A stretch of DNA of 64,000 nucleotides from Caldilineaceae bacterium. Lineage in GTDB: Bacteria > Chloroflexota > Anaerolineae > Caldilineales > Caldilineaceae. Below are positions 45,434 through 54,909 of this stretch, piece after piece. Position numbers and translations under genes: made by a program. The DNA is taken from positions 4,429,264 to 4,493,263 of the forward strand of contig OZ241871.1 in NCBI GenBank assembly GCA_965202955.1, in the 5' to 3' direction. Below the pieces are notes generated by a model that was not told where the DNA came from, did not search any database, and saw nothing but the letters and a program-made list of their open reading frames with translations. Position 1 is the first letter of the stretch. Every line of letters starts with the position of its first letter.

Positions 45434-46950
45434 TCAGCGCAATAAGAAGGAGCGACGACAGCTCAGGCCGTGCAGGAGTACGGTCGTCGCGTTTCGGCCG
45501 GCCGCGCCCATGATTCCGCCGCCGGGGTGTGTGCTGGCACCAGTAAGAAAGAGCCTTTTGATTGGCGCTCGATAGCTGCTTATAGTCAGCGCAGGCTGCA
45601 AGGCGAACATTTGACTGACCGACATCTCAAGGTGCATTACGTTGCCGCGCAGGAGCCCCAGCTCTCGCTCAAGCCAGAGCGGTGTCTGTGTCAGTCTTGC
45701 GATCTCGGCGCCGGTTACATTGGGTGCATACTCGGCCAACTTGGCGAGCATCCGGTCGGCCTCGCGCTCGCCGATCTCGTCCCAGCCGTCGCCCGGCGCC
45801 GGGGCATAGGGATAGTACTGGCCCCATAGAAAGAGAACGTGTTTGCCGGGCGGGGACAGCATCGGATCGACGGCGGAGAAGGTCATTGCGATCAGGGCCG
45901 GGTCGACGGCCGGCCGGAGGCAAAGTCGGAGTAAGCGCGATCGAGATAGTCGAGGTCCGGGCAGATGAACTGCAAGGCGCGATGTTCGGGGCGGGGATCT
46001 TCGGCCTCGGATTCCCTGCCTTTCACATAGTAGTCGGGAAGTTCGTTCATCGCGAAGCGGACCATCTTGCCGAATCCATTCCCAGCTCTTGCTCAACGCG
46101 CCAGCAGCGTGCACGATCGCAGGGCATTTGCTCCCAGCAATGCCAGCGTCGTATGGATGTGTGCACCCGATACGACCGCCCGTCCCCTCTCCACGAGTAT
46201 ATGAGAGACGGGTGCTTCGGTGATGATTGTGCCGCGATTCGACTCGACCGAGCGCGCCAGCGCCTGTGTCAACATGCCGGAGCCGCCGAGGGGTCGCCGG
46301 ATGCCTGATTGGTGATGCATGGGATGCCACAGAGCGAACGGCCCGCCCAACCTCGCGGTCGCCGGCGGGCCGGACTGCGCCGCCATCCAACCGATGACGG
46401 CCTGCAGTTGCGACGAGACGAAGGTCTTTCGCAGAAGCCCTCCGTAGCCGCCGAGTATGTCTTGGAGGCGACGGCGCAGGTCGCGCCGCACACTGCTCTC
46501 GATCCCCAGCGTGCGCACAAGATTCAATGGGGACGGCGCTTGCAGGAACGAGTCGATCATCGCCTGGGCAAAGGGGCGCCAGTCCTCGATGAAGCGGGAG
46601 TAGATTTCGGCGTCCTGCGGCGAGATCGCGGCGATGCTCCGGCAGGTGCGATCGACATCCTTCCACACAAACAGGCGGCTGCCATCGGGAAAGGGAGCGA
46701 AGAAGATCGGGGCGATGTCGATATATTTCAGACCGTGGCGTTCCAACTCCAACTCGCGCACGATCGGTGTGTTGTGAACAAGAATGTGTGCGCTGCCGCC
46801 GAGGTCGAACCGGTAGCCGGGGAACGTCTGCTCGGTGACGACGGGGCGGCGTTCCAAGATACCGACGCGATAGCCGGCGCGCGCCAGGTAGGCTGCGCAG
46901 ACGAGGGCATTGTGGCCTGCACCGACGAACAGGACATCGAAGTCGGACAT
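45434..46950 (-). pseudogene. CrtI/phytoene-desaturase-family FAD-dependent oxidoreductase, disrupted by an in-frame TGA and a frame shift
   Basis: The N-terminus from ATG 46950 is MSDFDVLFVGAGHNALVCAAYLARAGYRVGILE (Rossmann GxGxxA). An in-frame TGA sits at 46095-46093 (...LLAR*ARAGNGFGKMVRFAMNELPDYYV...). The same frame continues to ...DYLDRAYSDFASGRPS and then stops at 45892. The C-terminal third (DPALIAMTFSAVDPMLSPPGKHVLFLWGQY...TGASTHPGGGIMGAAG) is in another frame, consistent with one missing base near 45905-45912. Confidence 0.8.
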
Positions 46951-46952
46951 GC

Positions 46953-47882
46953 TCAGAGCATCAGGCCGAGCGACAGCAGCAAGCTGTAACGGAGCGAGAG
47001 CTGGGCCGTTCCCGCCAACAGTGGATTGAGCGCCGTTCCGGTTGCGCTGTAGATGGAGATGGCCCTCTTTGCCGCCATCGGCAGACTGAGGAGGGGAAGC
47101 AGAACCGCCGGCCCGCGTTCGAAACCGAGCCAGATAAGGATGGGCGCGGCATAGGCGAAGACCAGCAGGATGACGAATTGGAGCCGTGTATTGTGGGCGC
47201 CGATCATGACGGCCAGTGTGCGCTTGCCGGCTTTGGCGTCGGTGCCGATGTCGCGCAGATTGTTGACCACCAGAATCGCGGTGATCAAGGCGCCGACCGG
47301 CGCCGCAACGACCAGGACCTCGGTCGAGAGCATGCCCGTCTGAACAAAGTAGGTCCCGGTGACGGCTACCAGGCCGAAGAAAATGAAGACGAACAGGTCT
47401 CCCAAGCCGTGATAGCCGAACGGGAAGGGTCCGCCAGTGTACAGTACAGCCGCCAGCAGTGAGGCCGCGCCGACGGCAAGAATCGGCCATCCGCCTATCA
47501 TTACCAGGTAGGCGCCGACCAGCGCGGTCAGCGCGGCGACGGTAGCCATTCCCCAACGCATGGCCCGGGGCGAAAGCAGTCCTGCTGCCACTGCTCGAGT
47601 CGGGCCCAGGCGCTCGGCCGTATCGGCCCCTTTGGCAAAGTCGAAATAGTCGTTGGCGAAGTTGGAGAGGACCTGCAGAAGGAGTGCGCCGGTGGCGGCG
47701 GCCATAGCGGGCAGCGGGGCGAATTGACCGTACGACCAGGCCAGCGTTGTTCCCACCAGCACGGGTGAAATCGCGGCGGGGAGCGTCTTCGGGCGTAATG
47801 CCAGCAGCCAAGCGGATAGCCGGCTGACTGATGCCCGCCGGGGTTGAGCCTCTCGATCGTGACTGTATTGGTGGTCGCTCAC
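46953..47882 (-). CDS. menA: 1,4-dihydroxy-2-naphthoate polyprenyltransferase (UbiA superfamily)
   Basis: WLLALRPKTLPAAISPVLVG..., LSNFANDYFDFAKGAD (first Asp-rich motif). Multi-TM, 309 aa. Confidence 0.88.
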   Translation of the reverse strand: MSDHQYSHDREAQPRRASVSRLSAWLLALRPKTLPAAISPVLVGTTLAWSYGQFAPLPAMAAATGALLLQVLSNFANDYFDFAKGADTAERLGPTRAVAAGLLSPRAMRWGMATVAALTALVGAYLVMIGGWPILAVGAASLLAAVLYTGGPFPFGYHGLGDLFVFIFFGLVAVTGTYFVQTGMLSTEVLVVAAPVGALITAILVVNNLRDIGTDAKAGKRTLAVMIGAHNTRLQFVILLVFAYAAPILIWLGFERGPAVLLPLLSLPMAAKRAISIYSATGTALNPLLAGTAQLSLRYSLLLSLGLML

Positions 47883-47927
47883 GGACAGTTCCCGCGACTG
47901 CGTTTGGCTGCCCTTAGCGTCGAAACG

Positions 47928-48449
47928 CTAGGCTTGCCTGGCCTGCTTCAGCGAGCGCGCAATTCGCAGCCCGAGCCAGAAGATGCCCGCCAAGACGAAT
48001 ACGGAGGCGTACTCGATGATCGGTATGCGGATGACTTCGTTCAGTCTGACCCATCCCAGCTGTCCATAGACCAGCAACGCCAGCGCAACGAAACTGCCCA
48101 GAATGACCAGGCGGCTGCGCAGCGACAGGCCCAGACCATACATCTGCGTGATGACCAGGATTCCAGCAAAGCCAAAGAAGAACATCGGCCAAAGACCATT
48201 GCCTTGCATCACGGCTACCAGCATCCCGTGCACAAGCACCAGCAGCTCCAGCGTGAACGTCCACCAACGGTTGCTGTGGATGCGGGTATAGAAAAGGCTG
48301 CCCTGCAACAACAGCAGAAACATGTAATAGAAGCCGATCAGGTGTCCCGACGTCGACACCATCGGATGGAACCAGAACGTGTAGATGATCACCCAGGCAA
48401 AAAAGTAGCCGTGGTATGTGCGGGCAAATCGAACGACCTCCATAGTCAT
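47928..48449 (-). CDS. Hypothetical integral membrane protein
   Basis: 173 aa with about 5 hydrophobic segments, Trp/Phe-rich. No family recognised. Confidence 0.6.
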   Translation of the reverse strand: MTMEVVRFARTYHGYFFAWVIIYTFWFHPMVSTSGHLIGFYYMFLLLLQGSLFYTRIHSNRWWTFTLELLVLVHGMLVAVMQGNGLWPMFFFGFAGILVITQMYGLGLSLRSRLVILGSFVALALLVYGQLGWVRLNEVIRIPIIEYASVFVLAGIFWLGLRIARSLKQARQA

Positions 48450-48473
48450 AATAATCTACACAAACCACACATC

Positions 48474-49382
48474 CTAACTCAAATCCTTCAATGCTCCTCC
48501 TGCATCCGTATATGCGTATTCGAATCCAGCCTCTTGCAGACGAGCCGGAACGGCGCGTTGACCGTCCAACAGCACGGTCGACATCTCACCGAAAATCGCC
48601 TTTAGCGCAAAGGAAGGAGTCGGCACGATCGCCGGTCTGCGCATGGCTCGACCCAGGAGCCGTACAAAATCCCTGTTTTTGAGTGGGTCTGGCGCGGTCA
48701 GATTATAGGGTCCGGATGCGGTCTCCGATGACAGCAGAAACCGGATAGCGGCCACCTCGTCATCGATGTGAATCCAGGGAAAGTACTGCTTACCGCTACC
48801 CAGCGGCCCGCCAGCAAACAGACGAAAAGGAAGTGCCATTCGCGGAAACGCTCCACCTTCGGCGCTCAAGACGACCCCTGTACGGATGACCGGACGCCGG
48901 ACCCCCATCTCTTCCACGCCCACCGTTGAAGCTTCCCATTCAACACATACTTCCGCCAGAAAGTCGCTCCCGGCGGCTGCCTCTTCCGTCAGGATTTCAT
49001 CCGCGCATGGTCCGTAATAGCCGACCGCCGACGACTGAATCACCACGTCGGGCTTGGCATCGGCTTCTGCGACCGCTGCAACAAGAGCTTGACCGGCTTC
49101 GACGCGGCTGTCCCTGATCCGCCGTTTGCGGGCGGCGGTCCAGCGGCCATCTGCGATGCCTTCCCCTGCCAGATTGACGATGGCGTCCACCTCTTCTACC
49201 AGCGGGCCCCACCCCTCTGTTGATCTTCCGTCCCACATCTCCAACCGAACGCCGCTGACGGCACGTTCCCCCGCCTGTTCCGGAGCCCTGGTCAATATGA
49301 TCACTTCATTGCCATTGTCGCGCAGGCTCTTGACGAGCGCCGTTCCGATCAGGCCTGTCCCCCCTGCTATTAAGATACGCAT
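48474..49382 (-). CDS. TIGR01777/YfcH-like SDR-family epimerase-type protein (C-terminal DUF1731)
   Basis: MRILIAGGTGLIGTALVKSL (Rossmann fold), 302 aa. The C-terminus ...FALKAIFGEMSTVLLDGQRAVPARLQEAGFEYAY is typical of this family. Confidence 0.85.
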   Translation of the reverse strand: MRILIAGGTGLIGTALVKSLRDNGNEVIILTRAPEQAGERAVSGVRLEMWDGRSTEGWGPLVEEVDAIVNLAGEGIADGRWTAARKRRIRDSRVEAGQALVAAVAEADAKPDVVIQSSAVGYYGPCADEILTEEAAAGSDFLAEVCVEWEASTVGVEEMGVRRPVIRTGVVLSAEGGAFPRMALPFRLFAGGPLGSGKQYFPWIHIDDEVAAIRFLLSSETASGPYNLTAPDPLKNRDFVRLLGRAMRRPAIVPTPSFALKAIFGEMSTVLLDGQRAVPARLQEAGFEYAYTDAGGALKDLS

Positions 49383-49398
49383 CCCGCCTCCTTGCGTG

Positions 49399-51984
49399 CT
49401 ACGCCCAAGCGCTCAGCCCCATTTCCAACGGGTGGACGAGCGCTGCATGCCGGGGCCGCACCCGGACGCCGAAACTGTACTTCCCCGTGCCGTCGGGAAC
49501 GAACGTGCCCCTTGCCGAAACGGTTGTCGCGCCCTGGTAGTCCACCTCTGCCTCGCCATGTACCTGCATGGGTATCGTTGTCGACTCGAGCGGGACGCCA
49601 TCCTCCCCGCCCCTGCTTACCACAATCTCTACCGTTAGGTCGTCGACCGAGAGCCGCCCCGGCCGAACATGCGCTTCAAACCCAATATGGTCCCCAATCT
49701 CAGCCTGCGAAGGCGGGCCCCCTTCGATCGAAACGCCCACGAACGGCCACGCCTCCCGCACTGACCTCTTCCAATGCGCGACCTGCCGCGCCAGCTGGTT
49801 TTCGTCCTGCCTGTACGACCTGCCGCTTTCCATGGCCGGAACATAGTAAAGGGATGTATATTCCGCCAGCATCCGCCGCATGCTGAATCGCGGCCCGCAG
49901 CTCGCAATGGCTCGCCGCATGCGCGTCAGCCATGCCGATCGCCGGGTGGCTGAACGAGGCCCGGATGGCACCACCGAGTCATAGTACTCCGGCACGATCT
50001 CGTCCTCCAGAATACTGTACAAGCTGTGCGCGTCCGCTGCGTTCTGAGTCTCATCATCCTTGTAATCCCGCTCCTCGCCGATGGCCCACCCGTTCATTCC
50101 CTGGTAGCCTTCCCGCCACCAGCCATCGAGAATACTGAAATTCGGCGCGCCGTTGATCGCCGCCTTCTGGCCGCTCGTCCCGCTCGCCTCGTAGGGCCGG
50201 CGCGGCGTATTCAACCATACGTCGACGCCGCTGACTAGGTGCCTGGCAACATTCATGTCATAGTTCTCGATGAACGCGATTCTTCCGAAGAACTCGGGCT
50301 CCTGGCTCAGCCTGTATATCTGCTCAATCAGCCCCTTGCCCATTTCGTCCGCCGGGTGAGCCTTCCCGGCAAAGACGATCTGCACGGGCCGCTCCGGGTC
50401 ATTCAGGAGCCGCTTGAGCCGCTCAGTATCGTGAAATACGAGCGTCGCGCGCTTATATGTGGCGAATCTGCGCGCAAAACCGATCGTTAGCGCATTCGGA
50501 TCAAAGGCTTCCTCCACCTGCGTCAGCTTCCAGTGGCCCTCCCCGTGACGCAAGAATTGACGCTTCAACCGCGTCCGAAGAAAGTCTACCAATTTGGCCT
50601 TACAGGTATTGTGGACTGCGAGCAACTGGTCGTCCGGCACGCCGTCTATCGCCCCCCAGACGGCCGGATCGTCCCTTCTGTCCAGCCATCCTGAGGGGTA
50701 ATAGCGGCCATAGAGAGCCCGCAATTCCGGCGCCAGCCACGACTCGGTATGCACGCCGTTCGTAATATGCCCGATCGGTATCTGGTCCTCGGGCGTGCCC
50801 GGCCACAAGTCCTGCCACATCTGCCTCGAGACCTCTCCGTGCAGCTCGCTCACACCGTTATGGTACCCGCTCAAACGAAACGCAAGCACCGTCATGCTGA
50901 ATTCCGCGCCCCAGTCGTGGTCATGACGGGCCAGCCCGAGGAATCTCTCCCGGTCAATGCCCATCTGACCCCAGTACTGCCAGAAAAACTTATCAACCAG
51001 TTCAAAAGTGAAGGCGTCGTGCCCTGCCGGCACCGGCGTATGCGTCGTGAAGACGTTGCCCGCCCGCACGACTTCTACGGCCGTCTCGAACTCTACGCCC
51101 ATCTGCACCATCTCACGCACACGCTCCAGGCCCAAAAAGGCGCTGTGCCCTTCATTCATGTGCCAGACGGTCGGCTCATACCCCAGCGCCCGCAACGTAC
51201 GCACGCCCGCGATTCCCAGCACATACTCCTGGCTGATTCTCATCTCATGATCGCCGCCGTACAGCCGGGCGCTCAATTCCCGGTCTTGCGGCGCATTCTC
51301 CTCAACGTCGGTATCCATCAGAAAGAGCGGGACGCGGCCAACCTGGATCTTCCAGACTTTCGCGTAGACCGTGCGGCCCGGCAGATCCACATGAACTACA
51401 ACAGGTGTGCCGTCCGCGGCCACCGCTTGCGTCGCCGGCATTTCGGCAAAGTCGATCTTCTCGTAAATCGCCTCCTGCCGACCGGACGCGTTGATCTGCT
51501 GCGTGAAGTAGCCTTGAGGATACAAGAAACCGACGCCCACAAAAGGAAGGCCCATGTCACTTGCCTCTTTGCAGTGGTCGCCGCTCAGTATCCCCAATCC
51601 GCCGCTGTAGATTGGAAGCGCCTCGTGCAGCCCGAACTCGGCGCTGAAATAGGCGATCAACTCCTCCGGCTTGTCGGGATAGTTCCGTCTGTACCAAGTG
51701 TCAGCGTCATCCGACATATAGGCGTCGAACCTCTGCAGGACCGCTTCGTAGCGCTGCATGTAGCTGTGATTCTGCGCCGCGTCGCGCAGGTTGGACAGTG
51801 ATACGCCGCGCAGGAAGCGAATCGGATTCTCGTTTACAATTTCCCACAGATCCGGGTCGATCGACTCATAGAGGTCTTGGGCGTCAGGGTTCCAAACCCA
51901 CCACAGATTGAAAGCCAGTTCCTGTAGCCGGGCGATCGGAGTCGGCAGATGGGGTAGTACCGAGATTGTCCCCAATATGTTCAC
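49399..51984 (-). CDS. glgP: Alpha-glucan phosphorylase (GT35, MalP/GlgP subfamily with DUF3417-type N-terminus)
   Basis: LQELAFNLWWVWNPDAQDLY..., IYSGGLGILSGDHCKEASDMG, and PLP-Lys region EASGTSGQKAAINGAPNFSILDGWW. 861 aa. Confidence 0.9.
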   Translation of the reverse strand: MNILGTISVLPHLPTPIARLQELAFNLWWVWNPDAQDLYESIDPDLWEIVNENPIRFLRGVSLSNLRDAAQNHSYMQRYEAVLQRFDAYMSDDADTWYRRNYPDKPEELIAYFSAEFGLHEALPIYSGGLGILSGDHCKEASDMGLPFVGVGFLYPQGYFTQQINASGRQEAIYEKIDFAEMPATQAVAADGTPVVVHVDLPGRTVYAKVWKIQVGRVPLFLMDTDVEENAPQDRELSARLYGGDHEMRISQEYVLGIAGVRTLRALGYEPTVWHMNEGHSAFLGLERVREMVQMGVEFETAVEVVRAGNVFTTHTPVPAGHDAFTFELVDKFFWQYWGQMGIDRERFLGLARHDHDWGAEFSMTVLAFRLSGYHNGVSELHGEVSRQMWQDLWPGTPEDQIPIGHITNGVHTESWLAPELRALYGRYYPSGWLDRRDDPAVWGAIDGVPDDQLLAVHNTCKAKLVDFLRTRLKRQFLRHGEGHWKLTQVEEAFDPNALTIGFARRFATYKRATLVFHDTERLKRLLNDPERPVQIVFAGKAHPADEMGKGLIEQIYRLSQEPEFFGRIAFIENYDMNVARHLVSGVDVWLNTPRRPYEASGTSGQKAAINGAPNFSILDGWWREGYQGMNGWAIGEERDYKDDETQNAADAHSLYSILEDEIVPEYYDSVVPSGPRSATRRSAWLTRMRRAIASCGPRFSMRRMLAEYTSLYYVPAMESGRSYRQDENQLARQVAHWKRSVREAWPFVGVSIEGGPPSQAEIGDHIGFEAHVRPGRLSVDDLTVEIVVSRGGEDGVPLESTTIPMQVHGEAEVDYQGATTVSARGTFVPDGTGKYSFGVRVRPRHAALVHPLEMGLSAWA

Positions 51985-52153
51985 GGCTTTGCGCTCCTCG
52001 TCTTTAGCTTCGGACGGCCATCACGTCCGTGAAATACGTACTTTTAACTGCCGGATTCGGCCGGCCCGCCGCCCTTCCCTCACACATTATTCTGCCCCTC
52101 CCCATTTTCTCAGTAACTTGCCTTGCATTCTTGGACTCCGTATACTTCTCCAA

Positions 52154-54865
52154 ATGCCGACTCGCCTTTCGCGTGACCTTTGGGTTGTACCTTTCATCGC
52201 TCTGGTCGCTATACTCGTCGCCGGTCCCTTCTGGCAAATCGAAGGCATCCCCGTCAGCACGCACGACGTGGAGGTGCATCTCCACCGCAGCGCCGCGATT
52301 GAGCGTTCCTTTGAGCAGGGCGTTTACTGGCCCCGCTGGTTCCCTACCGTCTACCGGGGACTTGGCGCTCCTCTATTCCATCATTATAACCCAGGATTTC
52401 ACTGGTTCGTAGCAGTGGCTCATCGGTTCGGGCTAGGACTAGACCAAGCCCTCAAGTTGGTCGTGACGGCCGCGCTTGTTCTGTCCGGCTTCGGCGTATA
52501 CGCCTGGTTGCGCTACGCCTTCGGCCGCGCAGCCTGCCTGACCGCCGCTGCACTCTACATCCTTCATCCCGCCCTCTTGACAAGGACCTTTTACTCCGGC
52601 GGCGACTACCCCCAGATGCTGGCACTGCTCCTTTTGCCGGTTAGTTTGTGGGCATTCACTGCCCTCCATGCACGCAAATCCGGATTCACATGGGTCGCCG
52701 CAATCCTTTCTTTGGCCGTGCTGATTCTGAGCCACATGCTGATGGCGATGGTTGGCGTGCTGGTCCTGGGTGCATACTGGCTGTTTTTGGGCGCCGGCTA
52801 CCACAACACTGCCGGACTGACGCGCTGCGCCGCGGCTGCCATTGCGGTTGCCCTCCTGTCCGCAGGCTACTGGCTGCCAGCCCTGGCCGACCTTCCCTTC
52901 GTGCAATACGGGAATGCACGACTGCGGCTCGCCCACTACAGCGAATTCTTCCTCCACTGGTGGCAACTCTTTGGCATCCAGTCACCGATAATGGACAGCC
53001 GCGCCGGCAACCCGCTGAATCCAATTGATTCTTTCGGTGCGGCTTCCTGGCTGGCGTTGACCGCTGGACTGCTCAGCGTACCGTTTGCCGCCGGCAGAAC
53101 TCGCCGCGTATGGTGCCTTGCCGGCGCTCTCTTTTCGCTGGCTGCTCTTGCGCTGGCATCACCTATTTCGCAGTTCATATGGGAGGCGCTGCCAGCGCTC
53201 AGCATCTACCAGTACCCCTCCCGTTTTCTTTACGTCGCCCCAATCGGCGTCTTGCCGGTCGCCGCACTAGCTGTCGACGCCTGGAGCGAACACCGCCGCT
53301 GGTTGCCAGCGCTAGGGCTGTTAACGGCCCAGATTCTCGTTATCTTCCCCTATCTCTTTCCTTCCCATACACCGATGTTTTCGCCTTTCATGCCAGTGAA
53401 ATCTTTGGACGAGGAGGATACGCTTGCATATGAGCCGTTCGCCAACGCTTGGGGCATGTCCAGCTTCAACGAATTCCTGGTAAAGGGAGCTGACTTGCGC
53501 GTTGCAACTGGCGATATCGCAGAGCCGGCCGCTTCAAGACCGACCTGGCGGTCGCCTCACTTGGCCGTCGCCGACCTGTCCGACCAATCCGAGCCGATGC
53601 TCTTGAGGCTGCACTTTCATCCGAGCTGGAGCGCTGGAGAGCGCGCGAAATTGGCGCCAGGGCCTGCCGGCTGGGTACAGGTGACAGAGCTTCGCGATCC
53701 CGAACAACCCTTGGTAATTCGCTGGAACGGCACGATCTGGCAGCGGTGGGGCGAACGCTTTACGCTGCTTGGATTCATCGCTACCCTGGCAGGGACGCTG
53801 ATCTTCGCCCTGCGGCGAAATGCGCGGTCAAACGCGACAGCCGACCGCCCGATTTCTTCTGAGCATGCCGCCGGCGCGTTGACGGTCTGCCTGCTTCTCT
53901 TCGTCGCGGCCCGCTTCGCGCTGAACCTGGCTCCCAAGGGACCCTTTCTCCTGCACTCGCCGCCGGGGGAACTCGCACTTTCCGTCGAAGGCCGGCCCAC
54001 TACGCTGGGCGACCAGGAAACCGGGCAGGTGACCCTCCTGGGATGGACGCTGCTGAGCAGCGACACGCCCGCCCCTGGCGATACCGTCGGTGTTCGCCTT
54101 TATTGGGAGGCGCACGCAGAGCTTCCAGATGACTACCACACCTTTTTGCACCTCCACACGCCCGCCATCCAGCGCTCATGGGCTGTGGAAAACCAGGGAG
54201 TGCTGCGCCCGCCCACAAGGGTATGGGACCCGCGAAAGTATTACATTGAGACTATGCGCCTGCGCCTGCCGGAGGACATTCCGCCGCTCACTTATGTGCT
54301 TGTCGCCGGCTTGGTTTCCACCTCCGGCGAGAGGCTGACCGTGCCCGGGTCGGTCAACGACCTGGTCGAATTGCGCGAAATGGCGGTCACGCCCTTGCGT
54401 GCGGGATATCTGCAGAGCGAACGCCCGCTGGTGGCAACCGCCGCCGCGACCGATGAAGCCCTTCGACTGCAGGGATACGACCTGATTTCACCGACAGTGC
54501 AAACTGATCATCTGACGCTCCGACTCTTTTGGGAGACGGGGAACGGCCCCGCCCGCGACTGGATCACCTACATCCACCTTACCGACGCCCACGGCAATCT
54601 CGTCGCGCAATTCGACGGTCCGGCCTTTTTTGGTCTGCTGCCAACCAGCAGCTGGCACACCAACTCGCTCTACATCGACCGCCGCGAGCTCCACCTGCCA
54701 GCAGAGCTGGACCCCGGGTACTACCTATTCCGGATCGGCCTTTACAGCTTGAGCACAGGGGAGCGACTGCCCTTCCAACCCGATGACGACGAGACGCAAA
54801 GCTTCGAGAACGGTCAGCTGCTGGTCCCGCTGCAAATCGCTTTGCCGGACCGCGCGTCAAATTGA
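52154..54865 (+). CDS. Large polytopic membrane protein, PTPS-related / GT-C-like family, copy 1
   Basis: The track ORF starts at 51908; I prefer ATG 52154 (MPTRLSRDLWVVPFIALVAILVAGPFWQ). Family hallmark THDVEVHLHRSAAIERSFEQGVYWPRWFPTVYRGLGAPLFHHYNP. More than 10 TM segments, followed by two C-terminal soluble repeat modules (LYWEA.../LFWET...). Confidence 0.8.
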   Translation: MPTRLSRDLWVVPFIALVAILVAGPFWQIEGIPVSTHDVEVHLHRSAAIERSFEQGVYWPRWFPTVYRGLGAPLFHHYNPGFHWFVAVAHRFGLGLDQALKLVVTAALVLSGFGVYAWLRYAFGRAACLTAAALYILHPALLTRTFYSGGDYPQMLALLLLPVSLWAFTALHARKSGFTWVAAILSLAVLILSHMLMAMVGVLVLGAYWLFLGAGYHNTAGLTRCAAAAIAVALLSAGYWLPALADLPFVQYGNARLRLAHYSEFFLHWWQLFGIQSPIMDSRAGNPLNPIDSFGAASWLALTAGLLSVPFAAGRTRRVWCLAGALFSLAALALASPISQFIWEALPALSIYQYPSRFLYVAPIGVLPVAALAVDAWSEHRRWLPALGLLTAQILVIFPYLFPSHTPMFSPFMPVKSLDEEDTLAYEPFANAWGMSSFNEFLVKGADLRVATGDIAEPAASRPTWRSPHLAVADLSDQSEPMLLRLHFHPSWSAGERAKLAPGPAGWVQVTELRDPEQPLVIRWNGTIWQRWGERFTLLGFIATLAGTLIFALRRNARSNATADRPISSEHAAGALTVCLLLFVAARFALNLAPKGPFLLHSPPGELALSVEGRPTTLGDQETGQVTLLGWTLLSSDTPAPGDTVGVRLYWEAHAELPDDYHTFLHLHTPAIQRSWAVENQGVLRPPTRVWDPRKYYIETMRLRLPEDIPPLTYVLVAGLVSTSGERLTVPGSVNDLVELREMAVTPLRAGYLQSERPLVATAAATDEALRLQGYDLISPTVQTDHLTLRLFWETGNGPARDWITYIHLTDAHGNLVAQFDGPAFFGLLPTSSWHTNSLYIDRRELHLPAELDPGYYLFRIGLYSLSTGERLPFQPDDDETQSFENGQLLVPLQIALPDRASN

Positions 54866-54909
54866 CCGTTCATTTGCCCCTCCCTTTCCCGACCCGTATA
54901 CTCAATCGA

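Noticed and set aside
46093-46095. TGA in the CrtI-like gene read as selenocysteine or read-through
   Set aside because: The family is not a known selenoprotein. The position aligns with an Arg/Trp-type residue rather than Cys. The same gene also carries a frame break and a probable deletion, which fits decay.
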